IMG/VR virus record: IMGVR_UViG_3300026521_000003 | Location: 225,881 to 289,880 of that record | Reading direction: 5' to 3' (one strand) | Length of the DNA stretch: 64,000 nt | In this document: one piece after another, positions 1 to 9,269 of the stretch | Layout: the number at the start of each line of letters is the position of its first letter | Position numbering within the stretch: the stretch's first letter is position 1 | Position numbers and translations under genes: made by a program | The notes under the pieces: generated by a model | What the model saw: only the letters and a program-made list of their open reading frames with translations | What the model was told of the DNA's origin: nothing | Databases searched by the model: none

Positions 1-1
1 T

Positions 2-220
2 GCAGCACAATCATTAAATGCAGATCAACCCTTGCAAAAAACTACAAAAGGTAAGAAAAAACCATCTGCTAGTGATTTAAAAGGTAATTCGGGTGCAGTA
101 GTAAAATCGGATGATGAAGATGATGATTCTAGCACATCGGGTAAAAAAACCAAAGGTATTATTAAGGGACTTGGTGGTAAAAAGAAAAAAGGACTTAACA
201 GAGAAGTTAAGATGTTATAA
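2..220 (+). CDS. 3' part of a gene entering from the left edge; low-complexity Lys/Gly/Asp-rich tail
   Basis: Frame of track ORF 32..220 is open from base 2 (AAQSLNADQPLQKTT...); the 'start' at 32 is an internal TTG. Confidence 0.7.
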   Translation, partial: AAQSLNADQPLQKTTKGKKKPSASDLKGNSGAVVKSDDEDDDSSTSGKKTKGIIKGLGGKKKKGLNREVKML

Positions 221-222
221 AA

Positions 223-600
223 ATGCGAATAATATTCTATAATTATTTTGTACCTTACAGAAATTTACTTAAAAAAAATAATATTGAGCGATTTAATACT
301 TTTAAAGAATTTCATAATAATTGGATAAGGGATGAAGAATGTATTATAATACTCCCTGTGCAAGTATTTGATTTAGTTGGATTAGATATTCGATTCATAT
401 TACGAAATTATGGAAGAGATGATTCTAAGAGATTTTTATTTATTGGTGATAGAAAACAAATTGAATTTGCATTAAGTCAGAATGATAAATTTTTACAAAA
501 TATTATAGATGAGGTACATTTACCAATATTATCTAATACTCTAGAAGTAACAATATTAGAAAAAATTAAATTATTGGAAAAAAAAGGTAAGAAGGTTTAA
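223..600 (+). CDS. Hypothetical protein, possibly a degenerate CheY-like receiver fold
   Basis: 125 aa, 2 nt after the previous stop; IIILPVQVFDLVGLDIRFILR...FLFIG...DEVHLP loosely follows receiver beta3-alpha3-beta4-beta5 but has no phospho-Asp. Confidence 0.6.
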   Translation: MRIIFYNYFVPYRNLLKKNNIERFNTFKEFHNNWIRDEECIIILPVQVFDLVGLDIRFILRNYGRDDSKRFLFIGDRKQIEFALSQNDKFLQNIIDEVHLPILSNTLEVTILEKIKLLEKKGKKV

Positions 601-601
601 G

Positions 602-1765
602 ATGTATGGTGCAAATACAATAGTTAGAGTTTATATTGGGCCTAATGATAAATACACTTATGAACATTTGAGAAAATTTTATCATTTAGCCAAAAGACGT
701 TGGAAAGTTGCTGATGTATGGGGAGCCGATGAAGTTATGGTTTTAGAAAATAATAGACGACATGCAAATAAATATCAGCGCTCTCTTTCTATTTTAGGTT
801 GGATTACATCTAATAAAAAATATTTAAAAATTGAGAAGTATTATCAGGGCTTAGTAGGTGATCCATACTATGAATATTTTGCTAAATTCTCTAAATATGT
901 TTTGACTTGGTGGGGCTTAGGTTCTAGATTCGTAAAAAAATCATCAAAAAAAGATAGAAATATAAAATCGATACCTAATACACCAATGTTCGACCCATCA
1001 ATTCATTTTGATAAGAATTCCATTATGGAAAAAATCTATATGCAGGGTATGAGTTATGATGATGCTATGAAAACCACCTTTAAAGGTAAAGCTCAACTTG
1101 CAGATATTATTAATGGTTTAACAGATTATAATAAAAAAATTGGTATGTCTGATGAAGAAGCTTATGCTGATGCATTAAGAGTTTCGGAGATTGTGAGTAG
1201 AAACTTGGCATTAGATAAAAATGCTCCTATGGATAATCAGTATTCGTTTTTAATAAATTATTATAATAAATTCATTGATACAACTAGACGAATTATGATG
1301 CCCTTAGATATGAATTTATTTTTTATTAAAGAAGCTCTAAAATACAATCCTAATCTTTCATTATATGTTTTAAGTCCTGACAATAATATGCATAGAATCC
1401 AGGGTATTGTTGGGGAACGTTGTGAAAATATAATGATTGCTATTTCAGCTTTTAAAGATACAAAAAAATATGATTATGAGTTTGTTTATTCGTATGGGTC
1501 TCACACCTTATTTAATCATGCTGAAAATGGTTTTATTAAAGCTAAAGATTTAAAAAAGCTCACTACAAAAACCAATAATCTTATGTATGGTTCCAAAAAA
1601 TGTAAGATTGAACATAGATATGATTCAGAATATATGTTTGACCTTATTTTAGAAGGAACACCCGCGGGAAATTATTTTCCTTGGGTCGATGCATTTCATA
1701 ATGTTCAGTTATCCCCAGATTATTCAAAAATAATAAATCTTGAAGGGAAAGATATTATAGTATAA
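602..1765 (+). CDS. Hypothetical protein (387 aa)
   Basis: Long ORF in tight operon spacing; no recognised motif. Confidence 0.8.
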   Translation: MYGANTIVRVYIGPNDKYTYEHLRKFYHLAKRRWKVADVWGADEVMVLENNRRHANKYQRSLSILGWITSNKKYLKIEKYYQGLVGDPYYEYFAKFSKYVLTWWGLGSRFVKKSSKKDRNIKSIPNTPMFDPSIHFDKNSIMEKIYMQGMSYDDAMKTTFKGKAQLADIINGLTDYNKKIGMSDEEAYADALRVSEIVSRNLALDKNAPMDNQYSFLINYYNKFIDTTRRIMMPLDMNLFFIKEALKYNPNLSLYVLSPDNNMHRIQGIVGERCENIMIAISAFKDTKKYDYEFVYSYGSHTLFNHAENGFIKAKDLKKLTTKTNNLMYGSKKCKIEHRYDSEYMFDLILEGTPAGNYFPWVDAFHNVQLSPDYSKIINLEGKDIIV

Positions 1766-1768
1766 ATA
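1761..1768 (+). promoter_or_regulatory. T4-type late promoter (TATAAATA)
   Basis: TATAAATA followed by AAGGAAAAAAGGA and ATG at 1788; the same layout recurs many times in the window. Confidence 0.65.
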
Positions 1769-1787
1769 AAGGAAAAAAGGATTCTGT

Positions 1788-2189
1788 ATGTTACTTAAAA
1801 ATTTAAAAACCCTTATTGAAGTTGATGAAAATGTAGATACTAAACAACCGGAAAATAATAATGTTCCTGTTAAAACAGATAAACAACGAAAATTGGATAA
1901 AGAAACTACTGATGGTATTGCTAATGAAGAACAAAATACAGCAATTAAAGTAGCAGAATTTTTAGAACCTATTCTTTCTCAATCATATGGTGCAAAAGAT
2001 ATTAAAGCTGAAAAATCTATGGTTATTATTAAAGGTGTAAAAGATAAAGCGACAAACTCAGATTTTATCAATTCTGTTCAACAAGCTACTATTGCAGCTA
2101 TTGGTATGGATGGTAATAAAAAATTCGATATAACTGGTCCATTTCCATTTGGTGATGGAGTAGCTATGACTTTCACTAAAAAAGGTTAA
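1788..2189 (+). CDS. Putative virion/head-associated protein with N-terminal leader MLLKNLKTLIE
   Basis: Late promoter and AAGGA SD upstream; leader ends in Glu like T4 capsid-targeting propeptides. Confidence 0.6.
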   Translation: MLLKNLKTLIEVDENVDTKQPENNNVPVKTDKQRKLDKETTDGIANEEQNTAIKVAEFLEPILSQSYGAKDIKAEKSMVIIKGVKDKATNSDFINSVQQATIAAIGMDGNKKFDITGPFPFGDGVAMTFTKKG

Positions 2190-2204
2190 TTTAAGTTATT
2201 AAAA

Positions 2205-2212
2205 TGTATAAT
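2205..2212 (+). promoter_or_regulatory. Host sigma70-type -10 element (TGTATAAT), early promoter
   Basis: TGTATAAT 24 nt upstream of ATG 2237 with GGAG SD; same 8-mer at 4632, 6979, 49925, 54302, 58714. Confidence 0.6.
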
Positions 2213-2236
2213 TCACTCTAAATATGGAGTTTAATT

Positions 2237-2788
2237 ATGCAGCGTTTATCATCAGAACACAGATCTTTATTACAAACTAATCCACTATTTTCAAAAATGA
2301 TTTTTGAATTTCATGATGGGTGGTTTGAATTAATTTACGACTTGGGTATGAAAATCCTAGGTTATTGTAATGCTAAAAAAATTGAACTTCCTCAAATCCG
2401 CCAAATTAAAGAAAAATTTGGAACTCTCCGTTTTTATTATATTGATAAAACCAATGATGCACAGATTAGAGAGTGGGTTAGAGATGCTGAATCTCGATCA
2501 GAATTTATATGTGAAGAATGTGGTGAACGTGGCGAATTGAGAGTTGATAACGGCAGATGGGGAGTAGTTTGTAGTATTCATAGTTCCCCTACTTCATTAT
2601 CTCTATCAGAATATCAAGAAATGAGAACAAAAGCAGAGCATGAAGCAAGAAAATGTTCTAAATGTGGTATTGGTGGAGCAGAGATTTACTGGGATGGAGC
2701 TCAAACTATAAATTTATGTAATCAGCATAAAGAAAATTATTCTTTATTATCTCAATATTTATCAGAACAAAAGGTTGCGGATCTATGA
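2237..2788 (+). CDS. Conserved phage hypothetical protein (QIKEKFGTLRFY motif, CxxC zinc-binding motifs)
   Basis: GWFELI...QIKEKFGTLRFY...ESRSEFICEECG is a recurrent phage/bacterial motif; second CSKCG. Confidence 0.75.
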   Translation: MQRLSSEHRSLLQTNPLFSKMIFEFHDGWFELIYDLGMKILGYCNAKKIELPQIRQIKEKFGTLRFYYIDKTNDAQIREWVRDAESRSEFICEECGERGELRVDNGRWGVVCSIHSSPTSLSLSEYQEMRTKAEHEARKCSKCGIGGAEIYWDGAQTINLCNQHKENYSLLSQYLSEQKVADL

Positions 2789-3108
2789 CTGAGGCAGAAA
2801 GAAAGTTTTTATATAGTTTTAGTAATAGCATACGGGAAGCTATGTTGGAAGAACATTATATGTTGCATTTTGATGAAGAGAAAGAAGAATTTATATTTGT
2901 TTTAAGAACTGCAACAAATTGTAATACTCGGCATGCACTAACAAAAAAAGAAGTTTTAAGATGGTATTACTCGGAATTAAATAATGATGATTCTAACCTA
3001 CTTAGGAATTTTTCAAATTATTATGATTTAGAATATGATTATTTTTTATTTAAACTTAAAGAAATTATAAAAAAATATTTAAGAATATATCCGGAATATT
3101 TTGTTTAG
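2785..3108 (+). CDS. Hypothetical protein with C-terminal PExxx tag
   Basis: Ends IYPEYFV*; ATGA overlap with the previous gene. Confidence 0.8.
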   Translation: MTEAERKFLYSFSNSIREAMLEEHYMLHFDEEKEEFIFVLRTATNCNTRHALTKKEVLRWYYSELNNDDSNLLRNFSNYYDLEYDYFLFKLKEIIKKYLRIYPEYFV

Positions 3109-3114
3109 GAGTAA

Positions 3115-3453
3115 ATGGTGGAAGAACGGGTTACAGGAACTTTTAAAAATATGGAACAAACATATGGTTCGATTGTTACGGAACGAACTATCAATAATGA
3201 AGTCTTATGGTCTGATACTGATTCCATGAGAGAGTTAAGAGATCGATTAGCTACGATTCATAGTAACCAAATTGATCTTAATTTACTTGAAGAATTAAAA
3301 AGAGTATTGGCAGAACCAATTCAAAAAACAAAAGAAGAGAGAGTTATTGATATTGTTTGTGGTGGTTTTGAAAAACATTTTAATATGTCATTAGACGAAT
3401 TCAATGATATTTATAAAAAAATTTTAGAAAATAATCCAGAAAAATTGATATGA
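3115..3453 (+). CDS. Hypothetical protein with C-terminal PExxx tag
   Basis: Ends NNPEKLI*; AGGAG SD. Confidence 0.8.
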   Translation: MVEERVTGTFKNMEQTYGSIVTERTINNEVLWSDTDSMRELRDRLATIHSNQIDLNLLEELKRVLAEPIQKTKEERVIDIVCGGFEKHFNMSLDEFNDIYKKILENNPEKLI

Positions 3454-3599
3454 ATAGTTTAATAATACCCTTTGCTTTAATATATTTTATTTTTATAGTT
3501 TTAATTTATATTTCTGTTTTATTGAGTATTTTCGTAATTAACAGTTTGACTTATCTAATTTATTACTTTAAGGCACTATTAAGAAAATTAAAACTATAA
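3450..3599 (+). CDS. Small membrane protein (49 aa), not in ORF track
   Basis: ATGA overlap with previous stop; MNSLIIPFALIYFIFIVLIYISVLLSIFVINSLTYLIYYFKALLRKLKL*; fills the intergenic gap exactly. Confidence 0.6.
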   Translation: MNSLIIPFALIYFIFIVLIYISVLLSIFVINSLTYLIYYFKALLRKLKL

Positions 3600-3618
3600 T
3601 ATAATAAAAAGGTTTTTT

Positions 3619-4032
3619 ATGGCTAAATTTAAACGATTTATGTATTCACCATTTATTTTATTTTCTGTATCAATCAGTTTATTCATTATAGGATATTTGA
3701 CTCATCAAATCAATGCTGTAATTCTGTATATGTTAGAATTTACAGTTATTTTTGAACTTGTACGAGGATTTACACATTATTTAAAAGATGGTCAGCTTAA
3801 AGTTCGATATGGTATTGATGCAGCTATTTTTTATTCTATGAAAGAATTATATATAGGATTTGTTGAATTCAAAATTGATAGTGACCCTACACTTATTATG
3901 GTAAGTTTAGTCGTCTTTGTTGTTTTAATATTCGGACGATTTATTAATTCAAAAATGATAGAAGAGAAACGTAAATATTGTAAGTATAATGATGGTACTG
4001 GTAATTGTTCTAAAGATACGTTTAAGGTATAA
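3619..4032 (+). CDS. PsiE-family (phosphate-starvation-inducible) membrane protein
   Basis: Multiple TM segments; ILYMLEFTVIFELVRGFTHYLKDGQLKVRYGIDAAIFYSMKELYI fits the PsiE E..R..ID..RE pattern. Confidence 0.55.
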   Translation: MAKFKRFMYSPFILFSVSISLFIIGYLTHQINAVILYMLEFTVIFELVRGFTHYLKDGQLKVRYGIDAAIFYSMKELYIGFVEFKIDSDPTLIMVSLVVFVVLIFGRFINSKMIEEKRKYCKYNDGTGNCSKDTFKV

Positions 4033-4034
4033 TT

Positions 4035-4628
4035 ATGATTAGAGTTGATATTCAAATGGATAAAGAAGATGCCATCAGAGCTATGCTTGATGGCTATCAT
4101 ATAATTGAATCTACATTACAAAGTAAAAGCGAATATAATGGTGAATATTGTACTTATATAAAAGGTACTTTTAAGCGTATTTCACCAAAAGGTATATCAT
4201 TATTAAATCCGAATGATATGGTTAAAAAATATTGGACAATAGCTAAACCGGTCAAAACAATGTTTCCCAGAAAAATATATAAGACCAATTTAACTACTGG
4301 AGAAATTTTAGAATTAAATTTTGTTGATGTCTATGATAATAGATTAAATGATAAAACTATTGAGAGTATTCTAATTTATAAAACATCTAATAATATTAAT
4401 CCCGAGATTACTATTTGTGCAACAGTAGGAGATTATTTTCAAAATGGAAATAGATTAGTACATTTTAAAACTAAAGGTATTTATTATACTAGGACTAATG
4501 CTGTTTTTGAACTAAAATGTCATATTGATGATATTTTAAGATTGAAGAAACTTAATAAAAAGGTTCCAAAAGCCAAACTATTATTAGTTGAGAATCTTCT
4601 AGAACATTCACCAGAATTGTTTATTTAA
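4035..4628 (+). CDS. Hypothetical protein with C-terminal PExxx tag
   Basis: Ends HSPELFI*. Confidence 0.8.
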   Translation: MIRVDIQMDKEDAIRAMLDGYHIIESTLQSKSEYNGEYCTYIKGTFKRISPKGISLLNPNDMVKKYWTIAKPVKTMFPRKIYKTNLTTGEILELNFVDVYDNRLNDKTIESILIYKTSNNINPEITICATVGDYFQNGNRLVHFKTKGIYYTRTNAVFELKCHIDDILRLKKLNKKVPKAKLLLVENLLEHSPELFI

Positions 4629-4631
4629 AAA

Positions 4632-4639
4632 TGTATAAT
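4632..4639 (+). promoter_or_regulatory. sigma70-type -10 element (TGTATAAT)
   Basis: Immediately after a stop codon and 19 nt before ATG 4659. Confidence 0.55.
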
Positions 4640-4658
4640 TTAAATAAAAAGGGCTTTT

Positions 4659-4946
4659 ATGTATAATATATATGATATAGAAATGGAATTAAATAACCAA
4701 ACATTATATTCCGTTCCTCAATTAGATGGTTCTAAAGTTGAGGCAATTATTAGGATTCTTACTGAAGAGATACGAAATCTTCAGACGTTAAATTCGACTG
4801 TCGAAACATTACAAATGGAATTAAATGCTCTAAAATTTGAACACAAAGAATTAACAAATATTGTAGAAAATATTGGATATGATTACCCTGAAATAATTTT
4901 AAAATATCCCCAATTTTTCACACAAAAGGAAAGTATATGCGAATAG
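4659..4946 (+). CDS. Hypothetical coiled-coil protein
   Basis: 95 aa, heptad-like central region; YPE motif near but not at the C-terminus. Confidence 0.7.
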   Translation: MYNIYDIEMELNNQTLYSVPQLDGSKVEAIIRILTEEIRNLQTLNSTVETLQMELNALKFEHKELTNIVENIGYDYPEIILKYPQFFTQKESICE

Positions 4947-5161
4947 AAAGTAAGATACCATTAGTTGTACAAGGCATACAATGTGATAATCCCCAATGCA
5001 CTTTTAAGGAGGAAAATATTCCATTTGAAGATTATGCAGAGTGGCTAGAACGTCCATGTCCAGAATGTGGTGAAATTTTATTAACAGAAGAAGATTTTAA
5101 TACTCTTAAACTTCTAATGTCGATTTCTGCAATAGCAAATAATATCGATAAAAAAGAATAA
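4937..5161 (+). CDS. Small zinc-ribbon protein
   Basis: CDNPQC and CPECG motifs. Confidence 0.7.
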   Translation: MRIESKIPLVVQGIQCDNPQCTFKEENIPFEDYAEWLERPCPECGEILLTEEDFNTLKLLMSISAIANNIDKKE

Positions 5162-5167
5162 TATGCT

Positions 5168-5620
5168 ATGAAAATTTATACTTCGTATTATGCTAATATT
5201 AGACATATACCCGATGATTATTTTATAGTCGCTACAAGTGGAGCAATTTCTGATGAAATAGCCTCGGTAGTTGATAGTTGGGACAGAAAGTTAGCACCAT
5301 CAAAAGACATCTATTTTGAATATAAAGATAATCCTGATTGGGAAAAATATACCAGAAGATTCAAAGAAGAAAGACTTAAAAAAATCGATTGGTTAGAGTT
5401 GTTAGAAAAATGGGAAGAAATAGCAAATCAGAAGAATAAACCGTTAGAAAATATTGTATTGTGTTGTTATGAAAAACCGACCGAATTTTGCCATAGACAC
5501 ATTTTGAGCGAAGATCTCGAGAAATTATTTAAAACGGAGGTTAAAGAATTTGGATTGGATCGTCATGAGAGAGTAGACTATAAAATGCAACCAATGGCAT
5601 CCACAGATTTTTTATTTTAA
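5168..5620 (+). CDS. DUF488-family protein
   Basis: MKIYTSYY...LAPS...YTRRFKEE...VLCCYEKPTEFCHRHIL is the typical DUF488 signature. Confidence 0.8.
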   Translation: MKIYTSYYANIRHIPDDYFIVATSGAISDEIASVVDSWDRKLAPSKDIYFEYKDNPDWEKYTRRFKEERLKKIDWLELLEKWEEIANQKNKPLENIVLCCYEKPTEFCHRHILSEDLEKLFKTEVKEFGLDRHERVDYKMQPMASTDFLF

Positions 5621-5621
5621 T

Positions 5622-5861
5622 ATGAGTATTTTAGAAAAATCATTAGAAGAATTTATTTTTCCTTTTAGTAAATTGCGATTTGAGTTATTAACTTCACCAT
5701 CAAAAAATAATATAATTCAAGCAGTAGAAACGGTTAAAAGATATTTTTATTCTAATGATTATCCACACGACAAAGATTTATATTTGGATGATTTAATTGC
5801 AATAAAAAATTATATTGAAATTAATTATCCTATTAGTAAATTTCCAGAGTATTACATATGA
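5622..5861 (+). CDS. Hypothetical protein with C-terminal PExxx tag
   Basis: Ends KFPEYYI*. Confidence 0.75.
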   Translation: MSILEKSLEEFIFPFSKLRFELLTSPSKNNIIQAVETVKRYFYSNDYPHDKDLYLDDLIAIKNYIEINYPISKFPEYYI

Positions 5862-6226
5862 AATATTTATGGGTGCAAAAAGGTGGTGGTGATTTTAAAA
5901 TAGGTAAAGATATAACTGAATGCAATCTGAAATTTAATCCTATAAAAATTAATGTGTCGATTGATGAAGATTTTCATAGTAATATAGAATTGCTAAAGTA
6001 TTTACCTGCAGGTACTGATACGGGATCAGGTAACTTTATTATAATGTATGTTGATACTATTGAAAAAGTACGAGTAAAATGGTATAAGTTAATTATATCT
6101 CATTATAATCATTTATTATGTTTAGGAGATTTGATTAATTTATCATCTGACTGGAGTAGTAAGATAAAAGCTATAGAAGAAGAAATAATAAATCATAGAA
6201 AGGGGTATCCAGAATTATGGGTATAA
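5858..6226 (+). CDS. Hypothetical protein with C-terminal PExxx tag
   Basis: Ends GYPELWV*. Confidence 0.8.
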   Translation: MKYLWVQKGGGDFKIGKDITECNLKFNPIKINVSIDEDFHSNIELLKYLPAGTDTGSGNFIIMYVDTIEKVRVKWYKLIISHYNHLLCLGDLINLSSDWSSKIKAIEEEIINHRKGYPELWV

Positions 6227-6462
6227 TATATGATAGATGTAACCTTTTAGCCATGATCGATAGGGTTAAAAATAAAAAATCTATAAGTGAAATAGTTGAT
6301 AGATATGGTTTTTTTAATGTACGCAAAGAGCTATTACTTATGGATGAACTCCGAAAACTACCTAGTTTTAAGGAAGATAGAACATCAAAGCGTAGAAAAG
6401 CCCGTCTTAGTGAACTTACATCTTATTTTTCTAAAGAGGAGTATCCAGAATTATGGGTCTAA
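6217..6462 (+). CDS. Hypothetical protein with C-terminal PExxx tag
   Basis: Ends EYPELWV*; ATG lies inside the previous gene's tag (tta tgg); the start could alternatively be the later MIDRV. Confidence 0.75.
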   Translation: MGIIYDRCNLLAMIDRVKNKKSISEIVDRYGFFNVRKELLLMDELRKLPSFKEDRTSKRRKARLSELTSYFSKEEYPELWV

Positions 6463-6704
6463 ATGATGATTTAGCGAAAGAATTTAAGAATATTAGTTTT
6501 ATAAATCAACTATGTATGGAATGTATATCACCTAAAAGTATTATCGATGAATTTGAGTTGATGTTTGTTCTTCAATTTGTACGTCGTACTCTAGAATATA
6601 AAAATTTTCAATTAAGTGATAATCTTATAAAAAATTCAGAAATTGTTTATACTTATATAGTTCATTTATATCCTGTTGACCAATATCCAGAATTATGGAT
6701 TTGA
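6453..6704 (+). CDS. Hypothetical protein with C-terminal PExxx tag
   Basis: Ends QYPELWI*; ATG lies inside the previous tag. Confidence 0.75.
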   Translation: MGLNDDLAKEFKNISFINQLCMECISPKSIIDEFELMFVLQFVRRTLEYKNFQLSDNLIKNSEIVYTYIVHLYPVDQYPELWI

Positions 6705-6738
6705 TATAAATAATTATAACCCAACTAAGGTGATAATT

Positions 6739-6978
6739 ATGGAAGAATTTTACGCTAGAATATCTCAGATTCATAGTACTTTCCAACCTGATTTAAATTC
6801 TATTGCTAAGAGAGAATTATTTTTATCAACTATTCAATGTTGCTTAATTACAAAATTTCCACTAATAGCTCATTATGATGGATTGACTATAAATTATTAT
6901 GGTGATGATATTGAAATTTTAATCGATGAAGAATTAGAACAAGAGTTAAAGACTAAATACCCAGAATCATTTAAATAA
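6739..6978 (+). CDS. Hypothetical protein with C-terminal PExxx tag
   Basis: Ends KYPESFK*; start moved from track 6676 (TTG) to ATG 6739, which has an AAGGTGA SD. Confidence 0.7.
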   Translation: MEEFYARISQIHSTFQPDLNSIAKRELFLSTIQCCLITKFPLIAHYDGLTINYYGDDIEILIDEELEQELKTKYPESFK

Positions 6979-6986
6979 TGTATAAT
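6979..6986 (+). promoter_or_regulatory. sigma70-type -10 element (TGTATAAT)
   Basis: Directly after stop 6978, upstream of ATG 7016 (AAAGG SD). Confidence 0.55.
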
Positions 6987-7015
6987 TTTATATAAACTAC
7001 TCATAAAGGTTATAT

Positions 7016-9019
7016 ATGAAAACATTAATATCATCGAATGTTATAAACAAATTTAAAGCTACAATTTCTGAAGATGAATATTTAGAAAAATATGAAATAC
7101 TCAAAAATTATCAATCATCTAAAAATCAGATTCTAAAAATGAAAGAGACAGAATTTCAAAGTGAATTTTTATCAAGTATTTTTGGTGATGTATTGGGATA
7201 TATTCCTAGAAATAAATCTATTTCAAATCCAAATTTAATAGTTGAAAAGAAAATCGAGGAAGGGCAAAAGTATATTGACGGAGCTATAATTGATAAAAAT
7301 GGACGTTCGAGAATTGTTATTGAACTCAAAAGTACACATCACAAAGATTTATTAGTACAAAAAAATAGTAAAGGTGGATCTGGTTTGCATGGGTTAGCAC
7401 CTATTCAACAAGCATCAATATATTTGTTTTCTGAACCTCTTGCAGCATTAGCAGTAGTTTCTAATTTTGATTCATTAATAATTTTTGATAAAAAAGAATA
7501 CTTTCGTCAAGAGTTTTCATTGTTTGAAATGGATTATGAAGAATTTAAAGAATTTTATTTAATTTTGTCATCAAATAGTTTTTGGTCTGGACTAACAAAA
7601 CTCATGATTGATCAAACTTCTGAATCTGATAAAAAAATTGATGATGAGTTTTTTATTAAAACGACTGCATTATACAGAATGCTTATGAATCAAATGGATA
7701 AAAAATATGCTGAAGACCTTTTTAATAAATTTTTAGCCTTAGCAATACTAGAAGATAATGGTTCATTACCTACAAATTTAATTAATAGTGTTTATGATAA
7801 AAAAGTAGATTTTACTACAAAAGGTAGCTTTTGGGATTTATGGTCTAATTTTTTAAGAGCCATGAAAAATGATACTACATGGCAAAAATCCCAAGGTATT
7901 AATGAAAATATTGTAAAAATGGATGTGTGGCAAGATATATCATATTTTGGGAAAGTTAAAGTAAGTAAAGCTACTTTAGATTTACTATTAGAAATATCCA
8001 AATACGATTTATGGTCTATACCGTTGGATAGATTATTTTTTGAAATATCTAAAGATATTTTTAATCCTTACAATCTAGTTGGTGGTGAAAATTCATTTGA
8101 TTTATATAAAGATATAATGAATGAAAGTAATCATGTTGCTGGTTTCCAAACACTTTCATTTGTTTGTAAACAAATTATGCCAAATGATTTTTCACTAATT
8201 AAGTTGTTTAACGAAATTTCATCAGAAAAAATAGTTGTTATTGATTCATCTGAGAGCAAAATTATTATGGATCGAGTTTCATCATTACCAAATTATTTTT
8301 TAGTAGTTGATTTAGATACACTTGAAGATATAGACTTTTTAAATAGTATTAAAAATGATGTTTTCACAATATCTATAACTGAAGAATATGATGAAATATT
8401 AGTTTTTATCCAAATGTCAATTAAACCCGGTAATGATATATGTGTTCGCAGTATAGACAATAATGGAAATATCGATTATGAATATGAAATTAAAAGAGAA
8501 GAATTGGATAAATTTAAAGTTATGTCAATTAATGATAAAAAATGGTTAGATAAGTATAATGAAACTTCAACGTATAAGTTAAAAAATTTATTAGATGTAT
8601 CATCAGAAGATAAAGCTACAATTAGATTTAATTTTGACACCCAAATAGTTACATTATTTGACGCTGAATTAGGACTATGGGAACAATCTCTAGATGATTT
8701 TATTGATTCAGATAATTATATTTACTTTACACCTAAAGTTGATCATGCTCATTTAATTTTAAAATCATCGGATTTTAAAAAATATCTTAAATTGACGTAT
8801 GTTGATAAAACAAATATATTAGATATTCTAATCTCTGAAAAATTAATAAGTTCTGAGTTTTTAGAACGTGCTATAAAGCAAGAAGAATTAAGAAAACGAA
8901 TTGATTTATTTGAATTAAAATTAGATAAAATAAAACAAACCGATGATGAACTTAAAATTGTCGAATGCGAGTCTCAACTTGATAGATTGTATGAACTTGA
9001 AAATGAATACCGTGAATAG
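7016..9019 (+). CDS. Type IIG/Eco57I-like restriction enzyme-derived protein: PD-(D/E)xK nuclease N-domain, methyltransferase motifs not recognisable
   Basis: KETEFQSEFLSSIFGDVLGY...NLIVEKK...IDGAII...VIELKS...QQASIY...VVSNF...FSLFEMDYEEFKEFYLIL matches N-termini of Type IIG RM proteins; no DPACGSG or (N/D)PPY motif found. Confidence 0.6.
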   Translation: MKTLISSNVINKFKATISEDEYLEKYEILKNYQSSKNQILKMKETEFQSEFLSSIFGDVLGYIPRNKSISNPNLIVEKKIEEGQKYIDGAIIDKNGRSRIVIELKSTHHKDLLVQKNSKGGSGLHGLAPIQQASIYLFSEPLAALAVVSNFDSLIIFDKKEYFRQEFSLFEMDYEEFKEFYLILSSNSFWSGLTKLMIDQTSESDKKIDDEFFIKTTALYRMLMNQMDKKYAEDLFNKFLALAILEDNGSLPTNLINSVYDKKVDFTTKGSFWDLWSNFLRAMKNDTTWQKSQGINENIVKMDVWQDISYFGKVKVSKATLDLLLEISKYDLWSIPLDRLFFEISKDIFNPYNLVGGENSFDLYKDIMNESNHVAGFQTLSFVCKQIMPNDFSLIKLFNEISSEKIVVIDSSESKIIMDRVSSLPNYFLVVDLDTLEDIDFLNSIKNDVFTISITEEYDEILVFIQMSIKPGNDICVRSIDNNGNIDYEYEIKREELDKFKVMSINDKKWLDKYNETSTYKLKNLLDVSSEDKATIRFNFDTQIVTLFDAELGLWEQSLDDFIDSDNYIYFTPKVDHAHLILKSSDFKKYLKLTYVDKTNILDILISEKLISSEFLERAIKQEELRKRIDLFELKLDKIKQTDDELKIVECESQLDRLYELENEYRE

Positions 9020-9269
9020 TAATGGAAGAATATATTCCGAAGAAGTTATAGGAGATGCTATAACTTCTATGATTATACGTAAGAAAATAGGTGAAGGTAC
9101 TATAACTGTTGATAAACTCTATGAGGAATATTCATTTTTAGATATTGATTCAATAGTTGTTGATTTATTTAAAAAGGGTATTCAGGAAAATTATTCTGAG
9201 CAAACCAAAAAATTATTAGAAGAAATAAAAAATGATATTATTGAGCGGAGACCAGAAATTTGGATTTAG
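8943..9269 (+). CDS. Hypothetical protein with C-terminal PExxx tag
   Basis: Ends RRPEIWI*; true start probably ATG 8991 or 9003; contains NSNGRIYSEEV. Confidence 0.7.
   Translation: MMNLKLSNASLNLIDCMNLKMNTVNSNGRIYSEEVIGDAITSMIIRKKIGEGTITVDKLYEEYSFLDIDSIVVDLFKKGIQENYSEQTKKLLEEIKNDIIERRPEIWI

Noticed and set aside
4659-4946. Member of the PExxx family
   Set aside because: YPE/YPQ motifs are internal rather than at -5, so it was not counted; it may be a read-through derivative
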